A DNA stretch of 50,379 nt from a bacterium (GTDB lineage Bacteria > Cyanobacteriota > Vampirovibrionia > Gastranaerophilales > JBAXKC01), in contig JBAXKC010000021.1 in the NCBI GenBank assembly GCA_037137535.1, positions 1 through 50,379 of the forward strand. The letters are read 5' to 3'. The notes below the pieces were generated by a model that worked only from the letters and a program-made list of their open reading frames with translations, searched no databases and was not told where the DNA came from. A program made the translations under genes and the position numbers. Below are positions 41,689-49,801 of the stretch, piece by piece; the first letter of the stretch is position 1, and each line of letters starts with the position of its first letter.

Positions 41689-41771
41689 TGGGCAGGGTTG
41701 GATTCGAACCAACGTAAGCGTGAGCTAGCGGATTTACAGTCCGCCTCCTTTAACCCCTCGGACACCTACCC
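41689..41771 (-). tRNA. tRNA-Tyr(GUA), long variable arm, CCA not encoded
   Basis: GGGTAGG...GCGGA CT GTA AA TCCGC...TTCGAAT...CCTGCCCA. Confidence 0.95.
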
Positions 41772-41778
41772 ATTTATT

Positions 41779-41850
41779 AGCCGGTGATGGGAATCGAACC
41801 CGCAACCTACGGTTTACAAAACCGTTGCTCTGCCATTGAGCTACACCGGC
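41779..41850 (-). tRNA. tRNA-Thr(UGU), CCA not encoded
   Basis: GCCGGTG...ACGGT TT TGT AA ACCGT...TTCGATT...CACCGGCT. Confidence 0.95.
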
Positions 41851-41869
41851 GAATTAATATCGTGAACTT

Positions 41870-41898
41870 ATATTATTAAGGACATAGACTTATGTCAA
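41870..41898 (-). promoter_or_regulatory. Sigma-70 promoter of the tRNA-tuf-S10 operon
   Basis: TTGACA-N17-TAATAT, 19 nt upstream of the first tRNA. Confidence 0.8.
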
Positions 41899-41940
41899 CA
41901 TCTTTTTTATTCGTTTACAATATAGTGTGGTTATATATAG

Positions 41941-41964
41941 AAAACCATGAAAACATTTTCATGG
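41941..41964 (-). terminator. Possible terminator after the helicase gene
   Basis: Minus strand CCATGAAAA-TG-TTTTCATGG-TTTT. Confidence 0.45.
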
Positions 41965-42080
41965 CAAGCAGTTTTCTCTTATTTTATTAAGATTTCGTTA
42001 TAGTGACATGCTTTCCATGATTTAAAAGATGAAAACAGCCTAAAATAGCATTTGTTAATGGACAAAAACACATATAATTT

Positions 42081-45000
42081 CTAACAAAAAACCAGTGCAT
42101 CTTTTATTTTCATTACACACATGTTAGGGCTTAAATACCATTCTCTGGCCGAAATTCTAACAATTTTCCAGCCACATCTCTCCAGAATAGATTGTTTCCA
42201 AACAGCTTCTGATTTTCTTCTTCTTTCGTTAAATCCGTCTAATTCAACTATGATAGCCTTATCTTCACTTTTTACCAATAAATCAGTTGTAAAACCGCAT
42301 GTTTCAAAATTAGTAAGAACTTTCATTCCATTTTCTTCTAAAAGCAACGAGAGGCATTCATGTTCGCCATAGTTGTACTCATTTACACGAAGGGTAGCTC
42401 TTTTCTCATTAGTGTTTTTTATGAACTCTAAATAGTTTCTTATAAGCCCTTCAGGCAATTCTTCCTGAGTTTTGGAAATATAACAATAAAGATAATTCTT
42501 AGCTCTTGTTACGGCAACATTGAATAAATTAGATTTCTGCGCAAACACAAGACTCTGAAAATGACTGTTTGAAGCAATTGTAAAGGATAAAAGAATTACA
42601 TCTTTTTCATCACCTTGAAAAGTATGAGCAGTTCCGACTTCAATTGAGTGTTTTTTTATCTCTGTATCAGAAACTGCAAGCAATAAAGATTTCTTTAAAA
42701 GCTCGACCTGACTTCTAAACGGTGAAATAATCCCAATAGAAACAGGTTTAGTTTTATTTTTTTTGCAATCCAGTACAATTGAGTGGACATGTTCTATAAT
42801 TTTTTCAACTTCCGCCATATTTCTTGTGTTATCAAGATCAACTTTAGCATCTGTAACGTTAATAACCTCAACGCATGGATTATTTTCCACTTCTCGGCTC
42901 ATTATACGAATTTTTCCACCGTAAAAAGATTGATTACTAAATTCAATGATGTCTTTTTTGCTTCTAAAGTGCTCATCAAGCATTATCCTATCAGGAGCAT
43001 AAAAACTTGCCACATCGAAAATAGAATTAGTTCTAAATCGCCACATAAGCTGATATCTATCTGCAATGTTATATTGACTAAAGAAAGACTGTTCTTTAGT
43101 TTTTTCTAAGAAGGATAAGTGGCTTAACTGTTTGTCATCTCCAACGATTACCGCCTTTTTAGCTCTGAATAAAACAGGAAAACAGCTTGCTATATCACAT
43201 TGGGAAGATTCATCAATAATTGCAATATCAAATAAACCCGGTTTTAAAGGCAAAGTTTCTGATATTGAATAAGTAGTAACGGCCCAACATGGAAACGCTT
43301 CAAGCAACGGCTTGAAATCTTCCTGCGCTAAGAGCCTGTTTTGAAGATTTTTCTTTCTTTCAACAAGCGATTTTGAATGAATAATAAGTCTTTGCTTTTT
43401 AAATTTATCTCTAATTAATGATTTTACGGCTTCTCTTCTTTTATTTTGAAGAATTTCAACAGCTAATGTTTTCTGCCTGTTTCGCAATTCTTTTACGTCA
43501 CCAAGCAATATACCTATATTACCGATTCTTTCAATTCCTGTTTCTACAGTTCTTAACGCTGCTTCGAGTTTTTTCTGTGCAAGGTTAAGTCTTAAAACAT
43601 CAATATTTTCATAGGAAATAGGATAAGATTTTATTTTTAAAGAAGAAAGCAATTTTGCATAAGAAATTTTTGTAATTAAAGAATTAATAAAGCCTGTTTT
43701 CTCAATCAAATCAGCTATTTTTTCAAGTTGAAGATTAAATTTTTCAATATCTTCAACATTAAATTTCTCATTTATTAAAGTTTGCTCACCTTTACTTGAA
43801 GTAAACTCGTTTAACTGCTCAAAAGCTTTTTTCCATTTGTGCTCTAAGGTTAAAAGCTCTTCGCATGAATATTCAATCGCTTTACGATTATTTATTAAAC
43901 TTTCCAAATCTTCGATTTCTGCAAGAACAGAATCTTCATATCCGTCATCTAAATCAACTTTGCCCGAAACAAGTTCTTCAAGTTTTGCATTGAGTTGTTT
44001 CTGATAATTTGATCTGCCTGCTCTGAGGCATAGATAAGGAGTTCCTAATGAGTTTAACCGCTCACTTACAACATCAACGGCTTTATCCATCCTAGAAGCT
44101 ACCAGAACCGTCTTACCGCTTGCAATAAAATGAGAAACAAGATTAACAATAGTTTGTGATTTACCTGTCCCTGGAGGTCCGCAAATTGTAAGCATTGTAT
44201 TATTCATTGCGGATTTTATTACTTTTTCCTGCGTATCGCTTAATTCAAGAGGCGTTACAGGGTAAAAGCTCTTCTCCTCTTCAAGTTCTGAAATATGATT
44301 AACTTCTTTATATTGATTATTATTATAATCATATTCTTCCTGAATAACGCCCAAAGAAGTTTCACGAAAAGCGCCGATAGGCATTTCTGCCATTTTAGTC
44401 AACTCGTGCAACACTCCTGCAGTAACGGTAGGACGTTTAGCAAGAATAAGTCCTGCTTTTTTATCTACTGATAAAGCATCAAAACTAAATTTAGTTATAT
44501 CAATATCAGGAATTATGGATTTTAAGGAGGTTAAAAACACTTGGACTTTTTCTTCATCTAAAGGAAGATCGGGAACTACATCGACTAAACCTTCAAAAAG
44601 ATGCTCTGCTTCGTCCTCATCGTCAGTTTTGATTAAAGAGGCAAGCGCACCTGTATTTAAAGTTAAAGTATCATCTGTAATCGTACAGTCAATATCAACA
44701 CCATTTCTTTCGAGCTTACAGGGCAAATATAAAAGCGGTGTCATAAATTCATCAGATTTTTTCTTTTTAGGATTTTGTCCTCTTAAAAACAAATATCCGA
44801 ATATTAAATAACTGTCTTTTTGAGATATTTCAGAATGAAGCAAAATTTCAGTCGCTTCAGGATTTTCACAGGAGAATTTTAAAGGTTTTGAAGGATCGAA
44901 AAGCCAGTTAACTGAAGCTTCATCTTTGACTATACAATATTTAGTATCTTTATCCTGCTTAATATTTTTGAATGAAGAATTACGAACTTCCTCTCTTACA

Positions 45001-45083
45001 CAATCATGTAAATATGAGCAAATACGTCTTGTAAAACTATCCTGAAATGCTGAATTTATTAATTTCGCTGCTTCTTGTAACAT
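42081..45083 (-). CDS. SF1 (Upf1/DNA2-like) helicase fused to a C-terminal Vsr/DUF559-like nuclease domain
   Basis: GPPGTGKS, IIDESSQ, VGDDKQL, LDEHFRS, TFQGDEKD, NVAVTRAK; C-terminal DLLV...IVELDG...LERCGWKIVRI. Confidence 0.85.
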   Translation of the reverse strand: MLQEAAKLINSAFQDSFTRRICSYLHDCVREEVRNSSFKNIKQDKDTKYCIVKDEASVNWLFDPSKPLKFSCENPEATEILLHSEISQKDSYLIFGYLFLRGQNPKKKKSDEFMTPLLYLPCKLERNGVDIDCTITDDTLTLNTGALASLIKTDDEDEAEHLFEGLVDVVPDLPLDEEKVQVFLTSLKSIIPDIDITKFSFDALSVDKKAGLILAKRPTVTAGVLHELTKMAEMPIGAFRETSLGVIQEEYDYNNNQYKEVNHISELEEEKSFYPVTPLELSDTQEKVIKSAMNNTMLTICGPPGTGKSQTIVNLVSHFIASGKTVLVASRMDKAVDVVSERLNSLGTPYLCLRAGRSNYQKQLNAKLEELVSGKVDLDDGYEDSVLAEIEDLESLINNRKAIEYSCEELLTLEHKWKKAFEQLNEFTSSKGEQTLINEKFNVEDIEKFNLQLEKIADLIEKTGFINSLITKISYAKLLSSLKIKSYPISYENIDVLRLNLAQKKLEAALRTVETGIERIGNIGILLGDVKELRNRQKTLAVEILQNKRREAVKSLIRDKFKKQRLIIHSKSLVERKKNLQNRLLAQEDFKPLLEAFPCWAVTTYSISETLPLKPGLFDIAIIDESSQCDIASCFPVLFRAKKAVIVGDDKQLSHLSFLEKTKEQSFFSQYNIADRYQLMWRFRTNSIFDVASFYAPDRIMLDEHFRSKKDIIEFSNQSFYGGKIRIMSREVENNPCVEVINVTDAKVDLDNTRNMAEVEKIIEHVHSIVLDCKKNKTKPVSIGIISPFRSQVELLKKSLLLAVSDTEIKKHSIEVGTAHTFQGDEKDVILLSFTIASNSHFQSLVFAQKSNLFNVAVTRAKNYLYCYISKTQEELPEGLIRNYLEFIKNTNEKRATLRVNEYNYGEHECLSLLLEENGMKVLTNFETCGFTTDLLVKSEDKAIIVELDGFNERRRKSEAVWKQSILERCGWKIVRISAREWYLSPNMCVMKIKDALVFC

Positions 45084-45198
45084 AAGACACGCTATTCTTT
45101 TTTATTTAAAAACTTATATTAGAATAATATACCTTAATTTGAAGAAATACGAAAGATAAGGAAAAACAAAAAACATTTAAAAATACTCTTAAAGCGTG

Positions 45199-45225
45199 GC
45201 AATTATTCATTCCTACATGTTTTTA
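45199..45225 (+). promoter_or_regulatory. Bipartite motif GCAAT-N14-TGTTTTWA, copy B
   Basis: GCAATTATTCATTCCTACATGTTTTTA, 48 nt before ATG 45274. Confidence 0.55.
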
Positions 45226-45273
45226 TATACAAGGGATGTATTTAATATATAAATAATTAAATAGGAGTTTAAG

Positions 45274-45825
45274 ATGGCTTTTGAGCAAATCGGTGGACTA
45301 AATTTTTCTCAGAACAATTATGGAATTAGCAATCAAAGTCAAATGGCAAAAACTTCAGGAAACGCTTCAAGCAGAAGCATATTTGACACAGCAAAAACAT
45401 AAGGATTACAAAATCTTTCAGGTATTGACAATAATTTGATAGCACTAGGAAATAAAGGCGAAAACAAACAAGCTGTAAACGCTGCAAAAAACAGCTATAA
45501 CAATATTTTAAATACATTAAGATCAAGAGGTGAAAATTTTTCTTATGGTGGTGAAAACATGGCATGGGCTGCGAATATTCTTCGCTCATTGGGAGTAAAA
45601 GAAACAAAATGTGCCGAAGCCGCCAAAATGATGATGAATGAAACAGGTCTGCAAACAGGCTTAGTTATAAGAAAAGATTTTATTCATGTTTATAATTATG
45701 TAGATATTCCAGGGCAAGGTAGAATGTATTTTGACGTATGGAGAAATCATCCGCCATCCTTCGACCTAAAGAAAGTTGAAACTGATAATGAACCTATAGG
45801 ACAGCAACTAGCAACACCAAGATAA
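45274..45825 (+). pseudogene. Transglutaminase/papain-like Cys-His-Asp protein interrupted by one in-frame TAA (45400-45402)
   Basis: AGGAG RBS + ATG 45274; 42 codons, TAA, then the same frame runs to 45825 (183 codons); KCAEAA, HVYN, YFDVW. Confidence 0.7.
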
Positions 45826-45859
45826 AATTCAACTGCAACAAATAGGAAAAACATAATTC

Positions 45860-45891
45860 AAGGGATTAGAAAAAAACATCTAATCCCTTTT
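45860..45891. terminator. Terminator between convergent genes
   Basis: AAGGGATTAGA / TCTAATCCCTT followed by TT. Confidence 0.75.
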
Positions 45892-45899
45892 AAAATTAT

Positions 45900-47111
45900 T
45901 TAATTTTCTCGTTGTAACAATTCCTCTTGCGGAGTTAAAGCAAGAGTTGCAACACCTTTGGTTATATGCTGATACTCACTCTTATTTTTATAAACAGAAA
46001 AAGCATACCTAGTCCATTCAGGAGATTTGGAAGCTTCTTCCTTCGATTTTGCCCCTACAATATAAGCTGGTACAGAAGGATCAATTAACCTGTGTTGAAG
46101 GTGAACATGAGGCCCTGTCGACTCTCCTGTATTACCAATTCTTCCTATTTTTTGCCCGCCTTTAATTATAAAAGTTTCCGGGTGAGCTTTAATTTGCTCA
46201 TAAGTTTTACCCATGCAGGAATCTAAATGTCCATATGTAAAAACAGAATTTGAATCCTTTTCATAAGTAGTAACTGTTAAACCTGTAATGAAATCATCAT
46301 GACACCATGCCACTATTTCTTTATCAGGGCTTCCGATTGCGTATAATTGTGTTCCTCGAGTTTTAGCATCATCCTGTAATGTAATATCAGCTCCGTAATG
46401 ATTGCTGCCCCATCCTTGAGAAACATAAAACTTATCAAAAGCATCGCCTGTTTTTAATAAATACTTATCAGAGAGAACCTCTGCAATAATTTTATTAATT
46501 TTAGGACTAAAAGTTGATTCTTGTGTTTTAGTAGGCAAAGAGTTTAATGGAACTTCAGGATTAAACGTTGGAGAAGAAGCATTAAACGTATCTTCAGACG
46601 TGGAATTATTATTCTTTTGAACATATTCTATATTATTTGAAGGCGAATTATTATAATCCTGATAAACCTCATAAACTTTAGGAGCTTGGGAGAATACCCC
46701 TGCTGCAACAATAACGCTACCAACTCCAGCTATTAATCTTTGAGTTGAATTTTTATGATTCTGATCAATTTTCTGATTTATTTTATTTAAAATAATCTCA
46801 TTTACATCATCTTTTCCTTTGACTTCCTCGTTATCACAAGCTGAAAGCACCCCATGTAAAAGTTTTTGCTTCTCTTTATCAGAAATACTTAATTTTGAAT
46901 TCTCAACACAATCATTAAAAGTATTTATTATATAAGTTGTTTTAGGAGATTTTTTTTCAACTGGCTTTCCTGTAAAAGCAAACTTATAATCAGGCAATTT
47001 AAGTGTTATTTCGTTATTCTTAAATGGAATAGAACTCTTATTGTTATTTTGAACCACACTTTTATTTATTTTTGATATTTGCGGGTTTAAATTTAAATTA
47101 TCTAATTTCAT
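45900..47111 (-). CDS. M23 family metallopeptidase with long N-terminal extension and one hydrophobic segment
   Basis: HYGAD (HxxxD), YGHLD, GNTGESTGPHVH (HxH). Confidence 0.85.
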   Translation of the reverse strand: MKLDNLNLNPQISKINKSVVQNNNKSSIPFKNNEITLKLPDYKFAFTGKPVEKKSPKTTYIINTFNDCVENSKLSISDKEKQKLLHGVLSACDNEEVKGKDDVNEIILNKINQKIDQNHKNSTQRLIAGVGSVIVAAGVFSQAPKVYEVYQDYNNSPSNNIEYVQKNNNSTSEDTFNASSPTFNPEVPLNSLPTKTQESTFSPKINKIIAEVLSDKYLLKTGDAFDKFYVSQGWGSNHYGADITLQDDAKTRGTQLYAIGSPDKEIVAWCHDDFITGLTVTTYEKDSNSVFTYGHLDSCMGKTYEQIKAHPETFIIKGGQKIGRIGNTGESTGPHVHLQHRLIDPSVPAYIVGAKSKEEASKSPEWTRYAFSVYKNKSEYQHITKGVATLALTPQEELLQREN

Positions 47112-47277
47112 TATTTAAAACTCTTCCTACTCTCTCTATTGCCTATATAAAAGTCACGAAAAATAAAAATAAACATCTTTAAATAAATTTTTTTTAAATA
47201 AAACTAAAGTGACTGTATATTTTAATACTGGTTTATAATAATAGAGTAAGTGTAAAGATTTTTATGGATTCCCACAA

Positions 47278-48351
47278 ATGGGTGATGAAGATAAGCAGTT
47301 TGAAGCCTCGGCTCAAAAACTAAAAAAAGCTCGTGATGAAGGTCAGGTAGTAAAAAGTAAAGATTTATCCATGGCTATTTCCCTACTTGTAATGTTTCAA
47401 GTAGTATCAGCAATGGGTCCTTTTATATGGGGACAAATCTCAAAACTTTTTATAACTCTTTTCAATGAAATTCCACATAAACACCTTGAAGAAATAGGAA
47501 TTCCCTATATTTTATACACGACTATTATACCTATGGTTTTAATATTAGCCCCATTACTTATGGTTGCTGCCTTTATCGCTATTTTAAGCGATATTATTCA
47601 AGTTGGTCCATTAATTACACTATCTCCTTTAATGCCAAAACTTGATAAAATTAATCCATTTAAAGGAATTAAAAATATTTTTTCAATGAAAACTGTCATT
47701 GAATTAGTAAAAAATATAATAAAAGTAGTGGCTTTAGGCTATATTGGCTACATTACCTATGTTACACATATACCTATAATATTAAAACTATGTACAACAG
47801 AAAATACATTCTCAATTTTGCTGGAATTTGGTAAGATATTAGTTGACTTCGTAACAAAGGCTGGAATGTTATTTTTAATCATTGCAGGCGGAGATTACAT
47901 GTACACTCGCTTTAAGTTCCTAAAAGATCAGAAAATGTCTTTTAAAGAAGTTAAAGACGAATACAAAAACTCAGAGGGTGATCCTCACGTGAAGCAAGCG
48001 CTAAGACAAAAACGTATGCAAATGCTTCAAAAAAACATGCTTGATTCCGTACCTCAAGCAGATTTTATTACAACAAATCCAATACACGTTGCAGTTGCAG
48101 TAAAATATGATAATGAAAACATGAGAGCACCAAAAGTAATTGCAAAAGGTTCGGAATTATTTGCAAAAAAAATCATAGAGATCGCGAAGAAACACAATAT
48201 ACCTGTTATAGAAAATCCACCTGTGGCGAGAGCATTGTTTAAACTGGTTGATATTAATCGGGAAATCCCACCTGAATTGTACAAAGCAGTAGCAGAAATT
48301 CTTATGTTTGTGTATAATTTGCGTAAAACACCCGAAAGTAATATAATGTAA
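47278..48351 (+). CDS. flhB: Flagellar/type III export switch protein FlhB (SctU family)
   Basis: KKARDEGQVVKSKDL, EYKNSEGDPHVK, NPIH cleavage loop, ENPPVARAL. Confidence 0.92.
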   Translation: MGDEDKQFEASAQKLKKARDEGQVVKSKDLSMAISLLVMFQVVSAMGPFIWGQISKLFITLFNEIPHKHLEEIGIPYILYTTIIPMVLILAPLLMVAAFIAILSDIIQVGPLITLSPLMPKLDKINPFKGIKNIFSMKTVIELVKNIIKVVALGYIGYITYVTHIPIILKLCTTENTFSILLEFGKILVDFVTKAGMLFLIIAGGDYMYTRFKFLKDQKMSFKEVKDEYKNSEGDPHVKQALRQKRMQMLQKNMLDSVPQADFITTNPIHVAVAVKYDNENMRAPKVIAKGSELFAKKIIEIAKKHNIPVIENPPVARALFKLVDINREIPPELYKAVAEILMFVYNLRKTPESNIM

Positions 48352-48382
48352 ATTAAAAGCCACGACTATTAGTATAAATAGA

Positions 48383-49069
48383 ATGAGCGAAGTAAAAATA
48401 AAAGTGCAAAACACTAATTCAAAAATACAACAATATATAACCATAGTCGAAAAAGTAGCAAGGGTTGAACAAAGACGTATCCCTTCGCATATGGTTGAGT
48501 ATGAAGAGCTTATGAGTATAGGTATCATTGCTGTTCAAGCTATGATTAAAGGAAAAACCAAAGAACAGCTTGAAAAATACAACGATGCTTACATGGCAAC
48601 TGCTGTAAGATGGGCAATAAGAAACGAATTAAGAACAAGATATAAATGGTATTCTTTAAAACACACAAAACAAACCGATGCTCCTGACGCAGGTAATTCA
48701 GGAATTCCTGGAACAGGTGTTGATGTTTCTCCTGAAAAGGTCAGAGAAGCAATATATGAAACCATTTTATCAATTGACAGCATAGCAGAATCTTCAGATA
48801 ACGATTCACCGTTTGAATTTATTAAAGATACATCGGCTCTTCCCGATGAACAGCTTGAAATAAGCGAACTAGGAAAAGCAATTAAAGAAGCTATTGCAAA
48901 ATTACCTCCAAAAGAAAGAACAATCGTAGAATACCGTTTCTACAGAAACATGCAGGTAAAAGAAATTGCAACACAGGTAGGTTTATCCTCTTCTCGTGTA
49001 ACAAGAATCGTTCAAGCTTCTTTAAACCTCGTAAGAGAGTATCTTAAAGAAAAAGATCATTATTACTAA
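48383..49069 (+). CDS. Divergent FliA/WhiG-like (group 3) sigma factor
   Basis: Region 2 EYEELMSIG...AVRWAIRNELR; region 4 LPPKERTIV...VKEIATQVGLSSSRVTRI; follows flhB. Confidence 0.8.
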   Translation: MSEVKIKVQNTNSKIQQYITIVEKVARVEQRRIPSHMVEYEELMSIGIIAVQAMIKGKTKEQLEKYNDAYMATAVRWAIRNELRTRYKWYSLKHTKQTDAPDAGNSGIPGTGVDVSPEKVREAIYETILSIDSIAESSDNDSPFEFIKDTSALPDEQLEISELGKAIKEAIAKLPPKERTIVEYRFYRNMQVKEIATQVGLSSSRVTRIVQASLNLVREYLKEKDHYY

Positions 49070-49078
49070 ACTAAATTT

Positions 49079-49129
49079 TCTAAGCATTAAAAAAATCAGC
49101 TGTAACAGCTGATTTTTTTAATGCTTAGA
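49079..49129. terminator. Perfect 25-bp-arm palindrome, bidirectional terminator
   Basis: TCTAAGCATTAAAAAAATCAGCTGT-A-ACAGCTGATTTTTTTAATGCTTAGA between convergent genes. Confidence 0.85.
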
Positions 49130-49141
49130 TTTTTGACTGTA

Positions 49142-49636
49142 TTATGTTACTTTATTTTCTTCTTCATTCTTGCCTGAAGCTGCTTTAACTCCAACAACAG
49201 CCATTAATGCACCGACAGCAAGACCTATACCAATAGCAATTCTAGTTCTATCAAATCTTGCCCAGCTTTTTGCAGCATCAATAAGACCAGGGGTGTATTC
49301 CTGTATCTGTTTTTTCATAGTTGCAACTGAATTTTTTGCATATTCAGCTATGTGTTCTTGACTCCAACCAGCTGCTCTATACGCCTTAGATGACTTCTTT
49401 ATGGCATCAGCATAAGTTTTTTTATGATTCATTATATGCCCTGATACATAGTCTTTAATATAAGAATCCGCAACAGGAGCATAATTATTTGCTACATAAC
49501 CGCCAACACCACCTGCTAAAAGCGAACCCGAAACTATTCCTGCATTTACAAAATTATTAGTTTTTTTCGGTTCTTTTGATTTTACATTATTTAATTCTTG
49601 ATTTTGAACTCCTACAGAATTTATAGCCGGACTCAT
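49142..49636 (-). CDS. Hypothetical protein with polar leader and two Gly/Ala-rich hydrophobic segments
   Basis: GGAGG RBS; AGIVSGSLLAGGVGGYV and IAIGIGLAVGALMAVVGV. Confidence 0.8.
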   Translation of the reverse strand: MSPAINSVGVQNQELNNVKSKEPKKTNNFVNAGIVSGSLLAGGVGGYVANNYAPVADSYIKDYVSGHIMNHKKTYADAIKKSSKAYRAAGWSQEHIAEYAKNSVATMKKQIQEYTPGLIDAAKSWARFDRTRIAIGIGLAVGALMAVVGVKAASGKNEEENKVT

Positions 49637-49682
49637 ATTTATCCTCCGATAATTGCAAAACGATTAAACCCCTGTATATTAA

Positions 49683-49709
49683 TTAAAACAAAAATCAAAG
49701 TAATATTGC
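49683..49709 (-). promoter_or_regulatory. Bipartite motif GCAAT-N14-TGTTTTWA, copy C
   Basis: Minus strand GCAATATTACTTTGATTTTTGTTTTAA, 46 nt before ATG 49636. Confidence 0.5.
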
Positions 49710-49801
49710 TATACCTAAATTTAAAAATCAAATAATTATTTGATAAGATTAAGTTATAATTTTTATACTTTAATTGATTAAATATAAAAAAAGGATAGAA
49801 A

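Noticed and set aside
448-44811. Many 60-150 aa ORFs antisense to or nested in rpo, ribosomal, tuf and helicase genes
   Set aside because: Shadow ORFs of conserved genes, with no recognisable motifs
41601-45083. Island integrated at the tRNA cluster carrying the helicase
   Set aside because: The helicase lies on the 5' side of the tRNAs; no integrase or duplicated tRNA 3' end was seen
45400-45402. Genetic code reassignment of TAA
   Set aside because: TAA terminates many conserved genes in this window
45326-45607. 93-aa minus-strand ORF
   Set aside because: Antisense to the better supported plus-strand gene, with implausible composition
47140-47180. Fourth copy of the GCAAT-N14-TGTTTT motif before the M23 gene
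   Set aside because: Only TTTTATATA is shared with copy B and the GCAAT half is missing; similar partial matches before flhB and the helicase are within AT-rich chance
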